From contig CAZKBG010000001.1 in NCBI GenBank assembly GCA_964551375.1, positions 867,329 through 899,328 on the forward strand: a stretch of 32,000 nt of DNA, written 5' to 3'. The first letter of the stretch is position 1; every line of letters begins with the position of its first letter. The translations under genes and the position numbers were made by a program. Below are positions 1-8,940 of the stretch, one piece after another. The DNA is from an uncultured archaeon. Lineage in GTDB: Archaea > Iainarchaeota > Iainarchaeia > Iainarchaeales > JAAZKV01. The notes under the pieces are model-generated. The model worked only from the letters and a program-made list of their open reading frames with translations. It searched no databases and was not told where the DNA came from.

Positions 1-1547
1 TATTCCTCCATCAGCTTATTTTTTTCCACTGCTCTTGTAACCACGTCTCTGTCCTTATAGTATTGCGCGATTACTTTTCCAACAGAATTAAGGTCATTAA
101 TATTTTTATCAACCATCCATTCAAGGATTTTCTGCTTCTCTTGCAGTTCGTCAAGCACTTCATTTTTGCTTAATCCAGTGTGAAGGGATAATTCATCAAA
201 TAATCTTGTGCTCTCGTTGTGTCTTGCAATTTTATCGTCCCCGCTTCTCCACCTGTAAAGCACATTTGCTCTAACACTTTCTTCTCCAGTTCCGTGCTTT
301 TCTAAAATAAATTCTCCGACCTGAAGAACTCTTCTAACGCCAAGTCTTCTGTTTCTAAACATTACAACATTTAAGTGAACAGTGTCAAGCATGCTCTGGG
401 GAATATTGATTGGAGGATTTGTTAATCTCCTGATTGTTTCATCAGCAGTATTTGCGTGAAGAGTGGAATAAACACTGTGCCCAGTGTGCATTGCTTCAAA
501 CATTACTTCCGCTTCTTTTCTTCTTCTAATTTCCCCAACAATTATACGGTCAGGTCTCATTCTTAATGAATTCACAAGAAGATCAAGCATTGAAATTTTT
601 CCCTTCCCTTCAGGATTAGCTTCCCTTGTAGTCATTGGCACATAGTGCATGAATTCAGGAGGGCGAAGTTCCCTTGTGTCTTCAATACTTAAAACACGAT
701 GATTCGGCTGAATAAACGGCAGGCACACACCAAGAATGGTTGTTTTTCCTGAAGCTGTTCCTCCGGAGAAGATAATATTTAATTCATATTCCATTGCTTC
801 CCACAAAAGCGCCATTACTTCAGAAGAAACTGTATTGCTTCGAATTAAGTCAGTCACAGTCCAAGGGTCTCTTCTAAATCTTCTAATAGTAAGAGTGTTA
901 CCGTCATTTGAAATAGGGAAAAGAGTTGCATTAACACGATCTCCAGTAGTCAAGTGCGCATCAAGAAGAGGCTCAAGAGTTGTAATCTGCTTTCCAACTC
1001 TTCTTGCAATAATACTGCCGTAATTATGAATATCATCTTCTGAGCCAAGGTAAATATTAGTCTTTAACCAGCCGTACTTTTTATGATAAACCCAAACAGG
1101 GTCCTTGCTTTTATTTACGACAATTTCTTCTAAATTCGCATCGGCAAGAATCATTTCCATTTTTCCCAAACCAAGCATTTCCTGCAAAAGAAAACCTATA
1201 AGCGAATTTTTTGTTTCCTTAGTCGCAGTAGGAAGCTCAACTGAAATAATAGAATCAGCTCTTTTTCTGAACCTGTCCTTTAAAGCGTCAACAAAATGCT
1301 GGTCGATTAAAGAATCCGCCTTGATTGAAGCCTCTGAAATTATTGAATTCTTTATTTCCCTCATCAAAGCATGAGTTCCTTCCCCAAAATCAGGAAGGCT
1401 CAAAAAGTACTCATTTACATAAGCTTTTTTTCTTTCAACAATCCTTACATCAGCGCTTACTTCATCAGCAGTTACTTTATAGAGCTCAACTAAGTTAAAC
1501 TCATCAAGCATCTTGTCCGATGACCACTTTCCCCTTACTTCAACCAT
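1..1547 (-). CDS. Type II/IV secretion (TadA/GspE/VirB11-like) pilus assembly ATPase, 3' end truncated by window edge
   Basis: Not in the ORF track because it runs off the window. Minus-strand reading from the ATG at 1545-1547 (MVEVRGKWSSDKMLDEFNLVELYK...) contains Walker A IFSGGTASGKTT, SIEDTRELRPP, RMRPDRIIVGEIRRRKEAEVMFEAMHTGHSVYSTLHANTADETIRRL. GGTG Shine-Dalgarno just upstream. Confidence 0.93.
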   Translation of the reverse strand, partial: MVEVRGKWSSDKMLDEFNLVELYKVTADEVSADVRIVERKKAYVNEYFLSLPDFGEGTHALMREIKNSIISEASIKADSLIDQHFVDALKDRFRKRADSIISVELPTATKETKNSLIGFLLQEMLGLGKMEMILADANLEEIVVNKSKDPVWVYHKKYGWLKTNIYLGSEDDIHNYGSIIARRVGKQITTLEPLLDAHLTTGDRVNATLFPISNDGNTLTIRRFRRDPWTVTDLIRSNTVSSEVMALLWEAMEYELNIIFSGGTASGKTTILGVCLPFIQPNHRVLSIEDTRELRPPEFMHYVPMTTREANPEGKGKISMLDLLVNSLRMRPDRIIVGEIRRRKEAEVMFEAMHTGHSVYSTLHANTADETIRRLTNPPINIPQSMLDTVHLNVVMFRNRRLGVRRVLQVGEFILEKHGTGEESVRANVLYRWRSGDDKIARHNESTRLFDELSLHTGLSKNEVLDELQEKQKILEWMVDKNINDLNSVGKVIAQYYKDRDVVTRAVEKNKLMEE

Positions 1548-1575
1548 TGTTTCACCAATATTATCCAAAATTAAA

Positions 1576-1983
1576 TTACTTTGCCATATCTTCGTTTAAA
1601 TCCTCATCGCTTAACTGTTCGCCCCTTCTAATCATTTCCCTTCTTTTTTTTGCTTTCTCAAACTCAGCGCTTATTAACTTAGGAGAGCCGAAAAGAGGGT
1701 ACTCAATTCTAACCGAGCCAGCTTTTTCAAGAGTCAAATAACATTCCCTCAACTTTGAGCCGTCCATTTTCAAATCCTTTCTCAACTTGCCTGCATTAAT
1801 AATTCCCGCTTCATTAATTGCCCGAAGAACCTTGTCAAAATCCGTTATAACGCATGGATTTTTCAAGTCAGTTTCGCAAAGAGTATTTTTTTTGCGCTTA
1901 TCCGGAGCGGTAATCATTACAGGCTTTGAAATATCCTCGATATTTTCATCATCTTTTTCTTTTTTAGTCATTTTAATCAGCAA
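1576..1983 (-). CDS. Small winged-helix-like protein upstream of the pilus ATPase (real start possibly the internal ATG near 1971)
   Basis: ORF track. FDKVLRAINEAGIINAGKLRKDLKMDGSKLRECYLTLEKAGSVRIEYPLFGSPKLI reads as a wHTH pattern. Same strand and tightly packed with the ATPase gene. Confidence 0.6.
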   Translation of the reverse strand: MLIKMTKKEKDDENIEDISKPVMITAPDKRKKNTLCETDLKNPCVITDFDKVLRAINEAGIINAGKLRKDLKMDGSKLRECYLTLEKAGSVRIEYPLFGSPKLISAEFEKAKKRREMIRRGEQLSDEDLNEDMAK

Positions 1984-2052
1984 ATAAAGATGCTTTCTTT
2001 TATATAAACTTCATCTTCGCCGTTTTTAACGGCTTAAAAATCGCAAAACGGA

Positions 2053-3021
2053 TTAGTTATTTCTTCTCTCTGCGCCGTTTTGTCCGGTTGTGGCAAGGAG
2101 ATTCACGTCGCTTATGAAAAACTCTTTTGGCTTTGAATTAAATGTAACTTTAGTCAAAACTGAAAGCTTCTGGTCTGAAGAATAACTATAACTCAAATCC
2201 AAATTGTTTAACTTAACCACAAGCTCTGGAGAAGCGCATGCCCCTCCAATGCATTTTAAAGAAAAATTAAGGTCGCTTGAAGAAATAAAATGAGAAGAAG
2301 CGGTTTTTTGAGAAAGACTGCATTTTGGACAATTTGTGTCAATTAAAGTAATGCTGTAATAAGGGCGGGTGTCGCCTGCATTGTATGCTGCAGCAGGGCA
2401 TATCGCTCCGTTACAGAGAAGAGAGTTAAAATCTGAAAGATTTGAAAGAATTGTGATGCTTATGTCAAAGCGCTTAATGCTTGAAGAGTTAAAAGCACTC
2501 TCGCACTTTGGGCTGTTTGATTTAGAAAAACCCAAATTAAACTCGTCAAAAATAACATACTCATAGCACAATGGATTCAAGAGGAAATGAACTGATTTTT
2601 CACTCCCGCCCCATGCTGTATTTTTTGGAGAAGAAACATTAAACGTAGTTCCTGTAAAAGAATTTGAATAATTTGTGTCATTTAAAAAAACCGCTGAAAT
2701 ATTCAAATAAGAATACAAGTCATTAATCTGCGCGGAGCCAAGAGAAATTTCCTGAGTGATTGAAATAAAATTCAAATCCTTATTTAACGTGTAAGAAAAA
2801 GGAAGCGTTCTTTCTTTGGCGGTTTTTGAATAGCCAATCTGGTCAAGATCATACAAAAGACTCTCGGCATTTCTGAAAGAATCAGTCGCGGAGTAAGCGG
2901 AAATTGCAGAAGTTGAAGGAGAATAGCTTCTTGAAATATCATTAAGCGATTCATTAAGCGCGATAATTCCAAAAATCATGAAAAGAGTCATTATTGTAAA
3001 AAGCAGTCCGCGGTTATTCAT
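2053..3021 (-). CDS. Membrane-anchored extracellular protein of the pilus/adhesion operon (N-terminal TM helix, low-charge Ser/Asn-rich ectodomain)
   Basis: MNNRGLLFTIMTLFMIFGIIAL N-terminus, paired Cys (CPKC, CIGGAC), 3 bp from the upstream vWA gene. Confidence 0.7.
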   Translation of the reverse strand: MNNRGLLFTIMTLFMIFGIIALNESLNDISRSYSPSTSAISAYSATDSFRNAESLLYDLDQIGYSKTAKERTLPFSYTLNKDLNFISITQEISLGSAQINDLYSYLNISAVFLNDTNYSNSFTGTTFNVSSPKNTAWGGSEKSVHFLLNPLCYEYVIFDEFNLGFSKSNSPKCESAFNSSSIKRFDISITILSNLSDFNSLLCNGAICPAAAYNAGDTRPYYSITLIDTNCPKCSLSQKTASSHFISSSDLNFSLKCIGGACASPELVVKLNNLDLSYSYSSDQKLSVLTKVTFNSKPKEFFISDVNLLATTGQNGAERRNN

Positions 3022-3024
3022 AAA

Positions 3025-5307
3025 TTAATCAACCCACGTCCAAGCATCCACAACAAAGTACTGTGTTTTTGAAGTGCCGCTGCAGTAAATTGAAGCAATA
3101 TTATTTCCAGGGCATTCTCTTACTACCTTTGAGCGGTTAATCACCGCATAAAGCCACCCGCTTGAATTTAATCTTTCATTTAAAAACAAAACACTCTGCC
3201 CGCTTGTTAGAGCGCTAATCGGCTCCTGTTTTAATAGAGTCCCGGTGTAGGGGTCGTTTAACAAAAAGTCAACGCTTGTCGCTCCAGTGGAAAGCGTTCC
3301 AGAATTTCTTGTATTCAAATCAAGCGAAACCTGGCTTGAGCCGATAGTAAATGCGCTCAAAATATTTAATGATAAATCCCTATAGTTAAAATCAATTTTC
3401 TGCGAATGATTAATATCCCACATTACAGGCGGGCGGTCAATTCCGTTAACATCCTTCCAGTAAAGCATTGTTCCCGGAGTTGGAAGAATTAAATTATTCA
3501 ACGAGCAGGCTTCAGGAGAGTCGCAGGGGATGTTCAAATCAAAAGTTCCAGCCCAAGGGTGGTCCTTATCAAGCAGCCCAATGTTATAGTAAAGATAATT
3601 TGAATCGCTTACTTTAATGCACATCCCCGCGCCGGGGCTTAAAACATTTGAGCAGTTGGATAATGGAATTAATAAATTTGCATCATTTGCTATTTCAGGA
3701 GGCTGGGTGGAAAGACTCTCTCCAATTCCAATCGCAATATAAGTGAAAACTTCTGACAATGCATCGCCGTCATCCGCTCGGTAATATTTTCCCCCTGTTA
3801 GCGAGGCAATGCTGCCAAGAATTGCATGGTCTGCATCAGCTCCAAAACCAATTGTGTAAACTATTACATTATTGTCCTTTGCAGTCTGCGCGGCAGTCAA
3901 GGGATTAGAGCCGGTATTGCTCTGCCCGTCGGAAAGAAGAACTAAAAAACGCATTGAGCCCGGAGTTGCGCGCGAGCTTGTGACTTCAGTTCTTCCAGTA
4001 GTAATTGCATCTCCAATCGCAGTGTTTCCGCTTGGAAGAAGAGCGGCGATTTTATTTTTCAAAACAGTCCTGTTAGCATCAGTCGCTTTTAATAGCTGCT
4101 GCTCAAGATAAGTGTAAGTGTTAAAACTCACAAGCGCAAGCTGGTCATACTGCTCCTTCCAGCCGTTGTAATCAATAAATGAGCTCGCTGAATGCTTTGC
4201 GGTGGACATTTTCTGCAAATTTAAATTCAAATCATAATTAATTGAATCATCGCTCCAGCCCTGAACAGTGTAAGTTCCAAGAACTGGATTAGTAATTGGA
4301 ATCTCAATCGGAGTGGCAGTGCTTGTTCCATTTGTCCCGGGAATATAAGTTCCGCTTGGAGAGCGGACTCTTAACCTTGGCCTATTGCACTGTCCCGCAT
4401 AACCTGAATAGCTCATAGTAACGCCGACTTTTGGCTCGCCGTCAATAAAAGAATCTGAAACAAAAGTTGCAAGCGTCTGCCAGTTGCCGTAACTATTGCA
4501 GTTGCCATTTTTCTTTGTCATAGTTCCTGAATTAAAAGAACCGCCGTTTAAGTGCTGGCGAAAAACAGTCAATTCATCCATAGAGCCTGAGGTGTCAAGG
4601 ACAACAGCAATATCAGCAGGAAGCCTTCCAAAAGTAATAGTGTAATCAGGAACTGAAATGTTTATATCAACATGAATATTATCATCGCATGATGCTTTAA
4701 TTGGCGCGACTCTTGCGTCAAAGAAAACATTCAAATCAATCCCGTTAGAATCAAAGAATAATCTCTTTGCCTTTCCTTCTAAGAATAATTTTTCAGCAGG
4801 GGAAGTTTTATTTGGAGAGAATACCGCGCCAATTGAGCACTGCTCTGGAGGCTGTTTGCTTGAAAGAAGAATTCTTTTATGAGACACAGTTTTATTTGTC
4901 GGAACCGCAGGACCCATCGGAGAATAATTGTAAAGCTTTGTAAAGCATGAATCAAAATTCTGGGTTAATGCGCACGTATCATAATTAGTGTCATACGCGG
5001 TGATTTCAAGCCGCAAATTTTCGTTTTGAGGAAGAAGAGAATCTATTTTTGAATAAACCGCGGACATTTTCTGGGGATTTGACAATAAATTTGAATCAAA
5101 AGTCTCAATAGCAAAGCCTGTTGAGTCAACCGCAAACAAAGCATCAGAGAGAGCATTCTTCATGGCAATATCGCGCATGTTATTTTGATTAGGGTTGTGA
5201 AAATAAGCTATTTGAAGAAAGCTTACAAACAGCACAAGCGCAATAAGCGATTCAAGCGAGAAAATAAACGCTTTACTTTGAAAAAACTTTGAATGAAACA
5301 TCCGCAA
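3025..5307 (-). CDS. von Willebrand factor A domain surface protein with pilin-like N-terminal hydrophobic helix
   Basis: MIDAS motifs: ADIAVVLDTSGSMD (DxSxS), GNTAIGDAI (Thr), FLVLLSDGQSNTGSN (Asp). N-terminus SKAFIFSLESLIALVLFVSF. Overlaps the upstream pilin-like ORF. Confidence 0.88.
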   Translation of the reverse strand: MRMFHSKFFQSKAFIFSLESLIALVLFVSFLQIAYFHNPNQNNMRDIAMKNALSDALFAVDSTGFAIETFDSNLLSNPQKMSAVYSKIDSLLPQNENLRLEITAYDTNYDTCALTQNFDSCFTKLYNYSPMGPAVPTNKTVSHKRILLSSKQPPEQCSIGAVFSPNKTSPAEKLFLEGKAKRLFFDSNGIDLNVFFDARVAPIKASCDDNIHVDINISVPDYTITFGRLPADIAVVLDTSGSMDELTVFRQHLNGGSFNSGTMTKKNGNCNSYGNWQTLATFVSDSFIDGEPKVGVTMSYSGYAGQCNRPRLRVRSPSGTYIPGTNGTSTATPIEIPITNPVLGTYTVQGWSDDSINYDLNLNLQKMSTAKHSASSFIDYNGWKEQYDQLALVSFNTYTYLEQQLLKATDANRTVLKNKIAALLPSGNTAIGDAITTGRTEVTSSRATPGSMRFLVLLSDGQSNTGSNPLTAAQTAKDNNVIVYTIGFGADADHAILGSIASLTGGKYYRADDGDALSEVFTYIAIGIGESLSTQPPEIANDANLLIPLSNCSNVLSPGAGMCIKVSDSNYLYYNIGLLDKDHPWAGTFDLNIPCDSPEACSLNNLILPTPGTMLYWKDVNGIDRPPVMWDINHSQKIDFNYRDLSLNILSAFTIGSSQVSLDLNTRNSGTLSTGATSVDFLLNDPYTGTLLKQEPISALTSGQSVLFLNERLNSSGWLYAVINRSKVVRECPGNNIASIYCSGTSKTQYFVVDAWTWVD

Positions 5308-5785
5308 AACCTCCCTTATACACCACAGTTCTTTTTACGCTGTATACAAAAACATCTGGATCAAGCGCTTTTCCAATTGAAATATTATCCGCAGGATTCT
5401 CGGCTAAAATATCCATCTTAAAATCATAACTTCCAAGCCCAAGAATATACTTTGCATTATTATAATCCATTGAAGCAAAATAGGCAACTTTTGAATCGCT
5501 CAAAATAAGCGGCTTGTCTGCGAGTCCGATTAATTCAACGTTTGAATTAGTCCAGTTGATTGGATATCCTTCAGTTTTTACAAGGCTGTCAAGCGCGGAT
5601 TCGGATTTTAGCTGAAGCTCGGAAAAATAAAAATTATTCTCCGCTTCTTCAATGTTTTGAATCCAAACCCCCCTAAGAGAAACGAAAACAAGAACAAAAA
5701 TAACCGCTGACACAAGCACATCAATGCTTGAAACCTGCCCGCGAATGCGATTTCTTTTATTTATTAAAAAACTCATAATCATCAC
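5273..5785 (-). CDS. Pilin-like / minor pseudopilin protein
   Basis: RIRGQVSSIDVLVSAVIFVLVFVSLRGV N-terminus resembles a class III signal peptide (acidic residue at +6 instead of Glu +5). Operon context. Confidence 0.65.
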   Translation of the reverse strand: MMIMSFLINKRNRIRGQVSSIDVLVSAVIFVLVFVSLRGVWIQNIEEAENNFYFSELQLKSESALDSLVKTEGYPINWTNSNVELIGLADKPLILSDSKVAYFASMDYNNAKYILGLGSYDFKMDILAENPADNISIGKALDPDVFVYSVKRTVVYKGGFADVSFKVFSK

Positions 5786-6162
5786 GAAGAAATAATTTCA
5801 ATAATCCCATTATTGTTTGTTATTGTGAGCGTGGAGGGCGAGAGAGAGTAAGGATTTGAAATCGCAAGAAACCTGCAGTAATCTTCCCCAATTTTAACGG
5901 ACTTTTCCAAAGGAATTATTTGGGCATTTTCAGATAAATTATAATTAATTGAAGTTCCGTCACCTTCAGTGTAAGCTTTGCTGATTGCAAAAGCAAGCCT
6001 TAAGCATTCGCCTTTTTTTATATAAGTGCTTGAAATAGTGTCATTTGCGCCGCTGATGCTGTAATTTTGAAGAAAAACTATCATCAAAAAAACAAATACT
6101 ATCACTATTGCAAGAAGAGTCTCGACAGAAACCTGCCCTTTTGAAAAAATTTTATATTTCAC
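5782..6162 (-). CDS. Class III signal peptide-containing pilin-like protein
   Basis: FSKGQVSVETLLAIVIVFVFLMIVFL: KG^QVSVE plus hydrophobic helix. 4-bp overlap with the next gene. Confidence 0.8.
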   Translation of the reverse strand: MKYKIFSKGQVSVETLLAIVIVFVFLMIVFLQNYSISGANDTISSTYIKKGECLRLAFAISKAYTEGDGTSINYNLSENAQIIPLEKSVKIGEDYCRFLAISNPYSLSPSTLTITNNNGIIEIISS

Positions 6163-6568
6163 TTAAAATCACTGTTCCATTATTGTTGGAAACAAGAATA
6201 TCATGCGGGCCGTATGTAATTGGGAGAGTGCCGCTAATGTTAGTATCCATTTCCTCAAGCGATTCGCTTGAAGAGCCGAAAAGGCTTGTAGTTATTCTAA
6301 GAGCGCGTCCTGATGCGTTAAAAGACTCAACATTATTTGGGATAGTAATTTTAACAATAAACGCATTTCCGCTTCCAAGCGCATAAGCCTTATTCACAGC
6401 CTCTTTAATTTCCTTCATAGTTTCTTTTGCCTGCGAAGACGCCACAGTATCCTGATACTGAATGAAGGCATAGCCTGTCAACCCCGCGATTATTAAAAGA
6501 CAGATTCCCACAAGCATCAAATATTCTGTTGCCACCTGCCCTTTTGATTTTTTGAATAAAAAATTCAT
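6152..6568 (-). CDS. Class III signal peptide-containing pilin
   Basis: FKKSKGQVATEYLMLVGICLLIIAGLTGYAFIQYQDT, a canonical archaeal QxxxEYL pilin N-terminus. TATA-like element on the minus strand near 6580-6600. Confidence 0.87.
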   Translation of the reverse strand: MNFLFKKSKGQVATEYLMLVGICLLIIAGLTGYAFIQYQDTVASSQAKETMKEIKEAVNKAYALGSGNAFIVKITIPNNVESFNASGRALRITTSLFGSSSESLEEMDTNISGTLPITYGPHDILVSNNNGTVILSEI

Positions 6569-6669
6569 GAGTAAAATAGGATTTTTTGCTATAAAAGGAT
6601 TATTGTGTGGCTAAAATCGGCAAAAATGCATGGGCTAGAAAATATTAATAACAACAAAAGCTTACTCTA

Positions 6670-6810
6670 ATGATGGATGAAAAGAAGCCCACGCTTGATT
6701 CGCTGATGAAAGGCGGGAAATTGTGCGTTAAATGCGGAAGCAAAATTTCTGTTGATGACATAGGGCACAAATGCGAAATAATTCCCTGCCCAAAACCCTC
6801 AAAGAAATAA
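6670..6810 (+). CDS. 46-aa small zinc-ribbon-like protein (below the ORF-track size cutoff)
   Basis: ATG at 6670 reads MMDEKKPTLDSLMKGGKLCVKCGSKISVDDIGHKCEIIPCPKPSKK* with CxxC...HxCxxxxxC. Confidence 0.5.
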   Translation: MMDEKKPTLDSLMKGGKLCVKCGSKISVDDIGHKCEIIPCPKPSKK

Positions 6811-6889
6811 GTTAATTTCAAAAAAGACATTCGTTTTTGACAAGCAGGTTATCTAAAAGAAAAAAGCCTTGATTGAAGCCAAAAGAAAA

Positions 6890-7294
6890 TTAAGCTTCAA
6901 TCATTTTCTTCATATCTATTTTTCTAAGAACAATCTGAAGAGAACCAGCCGCTCTTCCGCTCAAAAGCTCGCCTGTAATTGGAGTAAAGCCTGAGCTTGA
7001 AACAAGAGCATTCATCTTAATCTTTGGCTCTCTATTTCTTGTCTCAACTTTTCCGCTCAAAGCATTAACTTCAAACTCTCTCTTGTAATTAACCTTCTCC
7101 ACAGTGCCCTTTTGCCCGTGAGAAATAATATCAAAATCTTTAATTGCCCCTTTTCCAGAAACAACCATTCCGTAAGTAATCTCATTTTCCTTAATAACCT
7201 GCGCAAGAGCCGGGAAGATTTCCTCTCCATCTTCAAGAATAACAGTAAAATTAGTTCCCATCCATACCACCAAATACCGATGCCCAAACGACAC
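6890..7294 (-). CDS. PPC/DUF296 (PD1-like) domain protein; likely start near 7264 (MGTNF...)
   Basis: FTVILEDGEEIFPALAQVIKENEITYGMVVSGKGAIKDFDII...ALVSSSGFTPITGELLSGRAAGSLQIVL. Confidence 0.72.
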   Translation of the reverse strand: MSFGHRYLVVWMGTNFTVILEDGEEIFPALAQVIKENEITYGMVVSGKGAIKDFDIISHGQKGTVEKVNYKREFEVNALSGKVETRNREPKIKMNALVSSSGFTPITGELLSGRAAGSLQIVLRKIDMKKMIEA

Positions 7295-7413
7295 CTATAA
7301 AACTAATCTATTTCTTCTAAGAACGATTTAAAATAGTAATCCTTGGGCTTTCGTTATACATAAGTTAAGGCTTTTTGAGACATTTAAGTTAAAATTAGTA
7401 ATGGGTTTCGAGT

Positions 7414-8214
7414 TTAAGGGGCTTTTTTTAGAAATTCCCCATCCTTCGCAAAGTATCCTTTAATCGGCACACGCTTAACTTGAAGCCCTTTGCCTTTTAA
7501 GTAACTCAAAAATTTCAAATGATCATCGCAAACAGAATTTGCAAGGCTTTTCCACTCGCTTTGATTTTCTGAAGCATCAAGCTGCAGGATTTTTGCGTGA
7601 ATATCCTCGCCCATTTTCACAATCTTCTGGGTTTCTGCATCCGTAAGAGATCCTTCAAGCTTTTTTGAAATCCTGATTGCTGAAGAGCCAATAACTTTGC
7701 CCGCCTCATCCACTGTAATAATATGAGTCGTGCGCCGAAATTTATTCTTTTTAAAATAAAGAACTAAATCAAGAATATCCCCAGGACTTGGATAAGAATT
7801 GATTCTTGCAAGACCCTCAAATTTCGAGCCTTTGGGATAAGACTTAAGCCGATGAGTGTGGATGTCGCTTTTTGCTGATGCGGAACTTGGGTGGAGAATT
7901 GTGGATTGAAGTCCTCTTCTAATCGCAGCTTCCTTAATGAAGCCTGATTTGAACTTAACCCAACCCATTTCAAGATCCGCAATAGCAGGGGTGGATTCAG
8001 CCATTTTAATTACATTTCCTTTTCTGCCTCCAGTATGGTGCTCTTTTAATCTTTCATCCCAAACTCTTTGAAGCTCTTTCTTGCGGGCTGCGGAAATTAA
8101 TTTTCCAGCAACAGGAATTCCAATCGCAGCAGCGGCTCCTGCTCCAGCCATTAAAAGAAAATCCCTTCGAGTAAGCTTTTTTTTAATTGGTTTTCTGCTT
8201 TGCGGAAGGGGCAT
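7414..8214 (-). CDS. Protein with predicted twin-arginine signal; possible JAMM-like metalloprotease signature
   Basis: KKKLTRRDFLLMAGAGAAAAIGIPVAG Tat-like signal, then SDIHTHRLKSYPKGSKFEGLARINSYPSPGDI (HxH...PSxxD). Confidence 0.7.
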   Translation of the reverse strand: MPLPQSRKPIKKKLTRRDFLLMAGAGAAAAIGIPVAGKLISAARKKELQRVWDERLKEHHTGGRKGNVIKMAESTPAIADLEMGWVKFKSGFIKEAAIRRGLQSTILHPSSASAKSDIHTHRLKSYPKGSKFEGLARINSYPSPGDILDLVLYFKKNKFRRTTHIITVDEAGKVIGSSAIRISKKLEGSLTDAETQKIVKMGEDIHAKILQLDASENQSEWKSLANSVCDDHLKFLSYLKGKGLQVKRVPIKGYFAKDGEFLKKAP

Positions 8215-8305
8215 GATAAAACAGGGATTTAGCTGTTTATATATTTTTGCGAAGAGTGAAAAAAATTTATTAATTGGAATTTAAAAAAAATTTGGTGAGA
8301 TTGAA

Positions 8306-8914
8306 TTATTCTTTTGCCTTAATTGTGTGATAAATCTGAACTTTTATTCCCGGCCTTCTCCACTCGTCAGCGTCAAGCCCGGCTTTAAGGCACAACTGGG
8401 TTAAAAATTTCTTTTTATCCTTTAATTCATCCCAAACGCTTGGAAGAAAAGTTGCGTTATAGTATCCTTTGCTTATGATTAGCCCGTCTTTTTTAGGAGT
8501 GATTTTTGCAAGCAAATCTTTCTCATCCTTAAACTCAAGCAAAACAGGGTCGGTTAAAATTGAAATCTCAATTACAACTTCGTTTAAATCTTCTTTTCTT
8601 AAAGCATCAAATCTTGGGTCTGAAAAAGCCGCGTTAAACGCATTTTCAATAATATCCTTATACAAAGGCTGAATTGCGCTTAAGTGCCCGATGCAGCCGC
8701 GAAGCTCGCCGTTCTTATGAAGCGTAACAAAACAGGCTTTTTTTTCTAAAAGTTTTCTTGGAAAAGAAGTAAGTTCAAAATCGGTAAATTTCAAAAGAGA
8801 ATCGTTTCTAAGCGAAAATCCGATGCTTCTTCTCGCAAGATTAGTGCAAAAATCCTGCTCTTTTTTATTCAAAGAAAATTTTTCCTTCCCCGCGACTGAT
8901 TTTGTGCCCGCCAT
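8306..8914 (-). CDS. AMMECR1 domain protein
   Basis: ACFVTLHKNGELRGCIGHL, AFNAAFSDPRFDAL, LNEVVIEISILT, GYYNATFLPSVWDEL...FLTQLCLKAGL. The LRGCIG core is diagnostic. Confidence 0.95.
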   Translation of the reverse strand: MAGTKSVAGKEKFSLNKKEQDFCTNLARRSIGFSLRNDSLLKFTDFELTSFPRKLLEKKACFVTLHKNGELRGCIGHLSAIQPLYKDIIENAFNAAFSDPRFDALRKEDLNEVVIEISILTDPVLLEFKDEKDLLAKITPKKDGLIISKGYYNATFLPSVWDELKDKKKFLTQLCLKAGLDADEWRRPGIKVQIYHTIKAKE

Positions 8915-8940
8915 GGTTAATCACTTCCTATTAAGGCGAC

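Noticed and set aside
736-1741. Plus-strand ORFs at 736-1023, 1105-1374 and 1520-1741
   Set aside because: Antisense to the pilus ATPase and the wHTH-like ORF. No motifs, and the minus-strand genes clearly explain the region.
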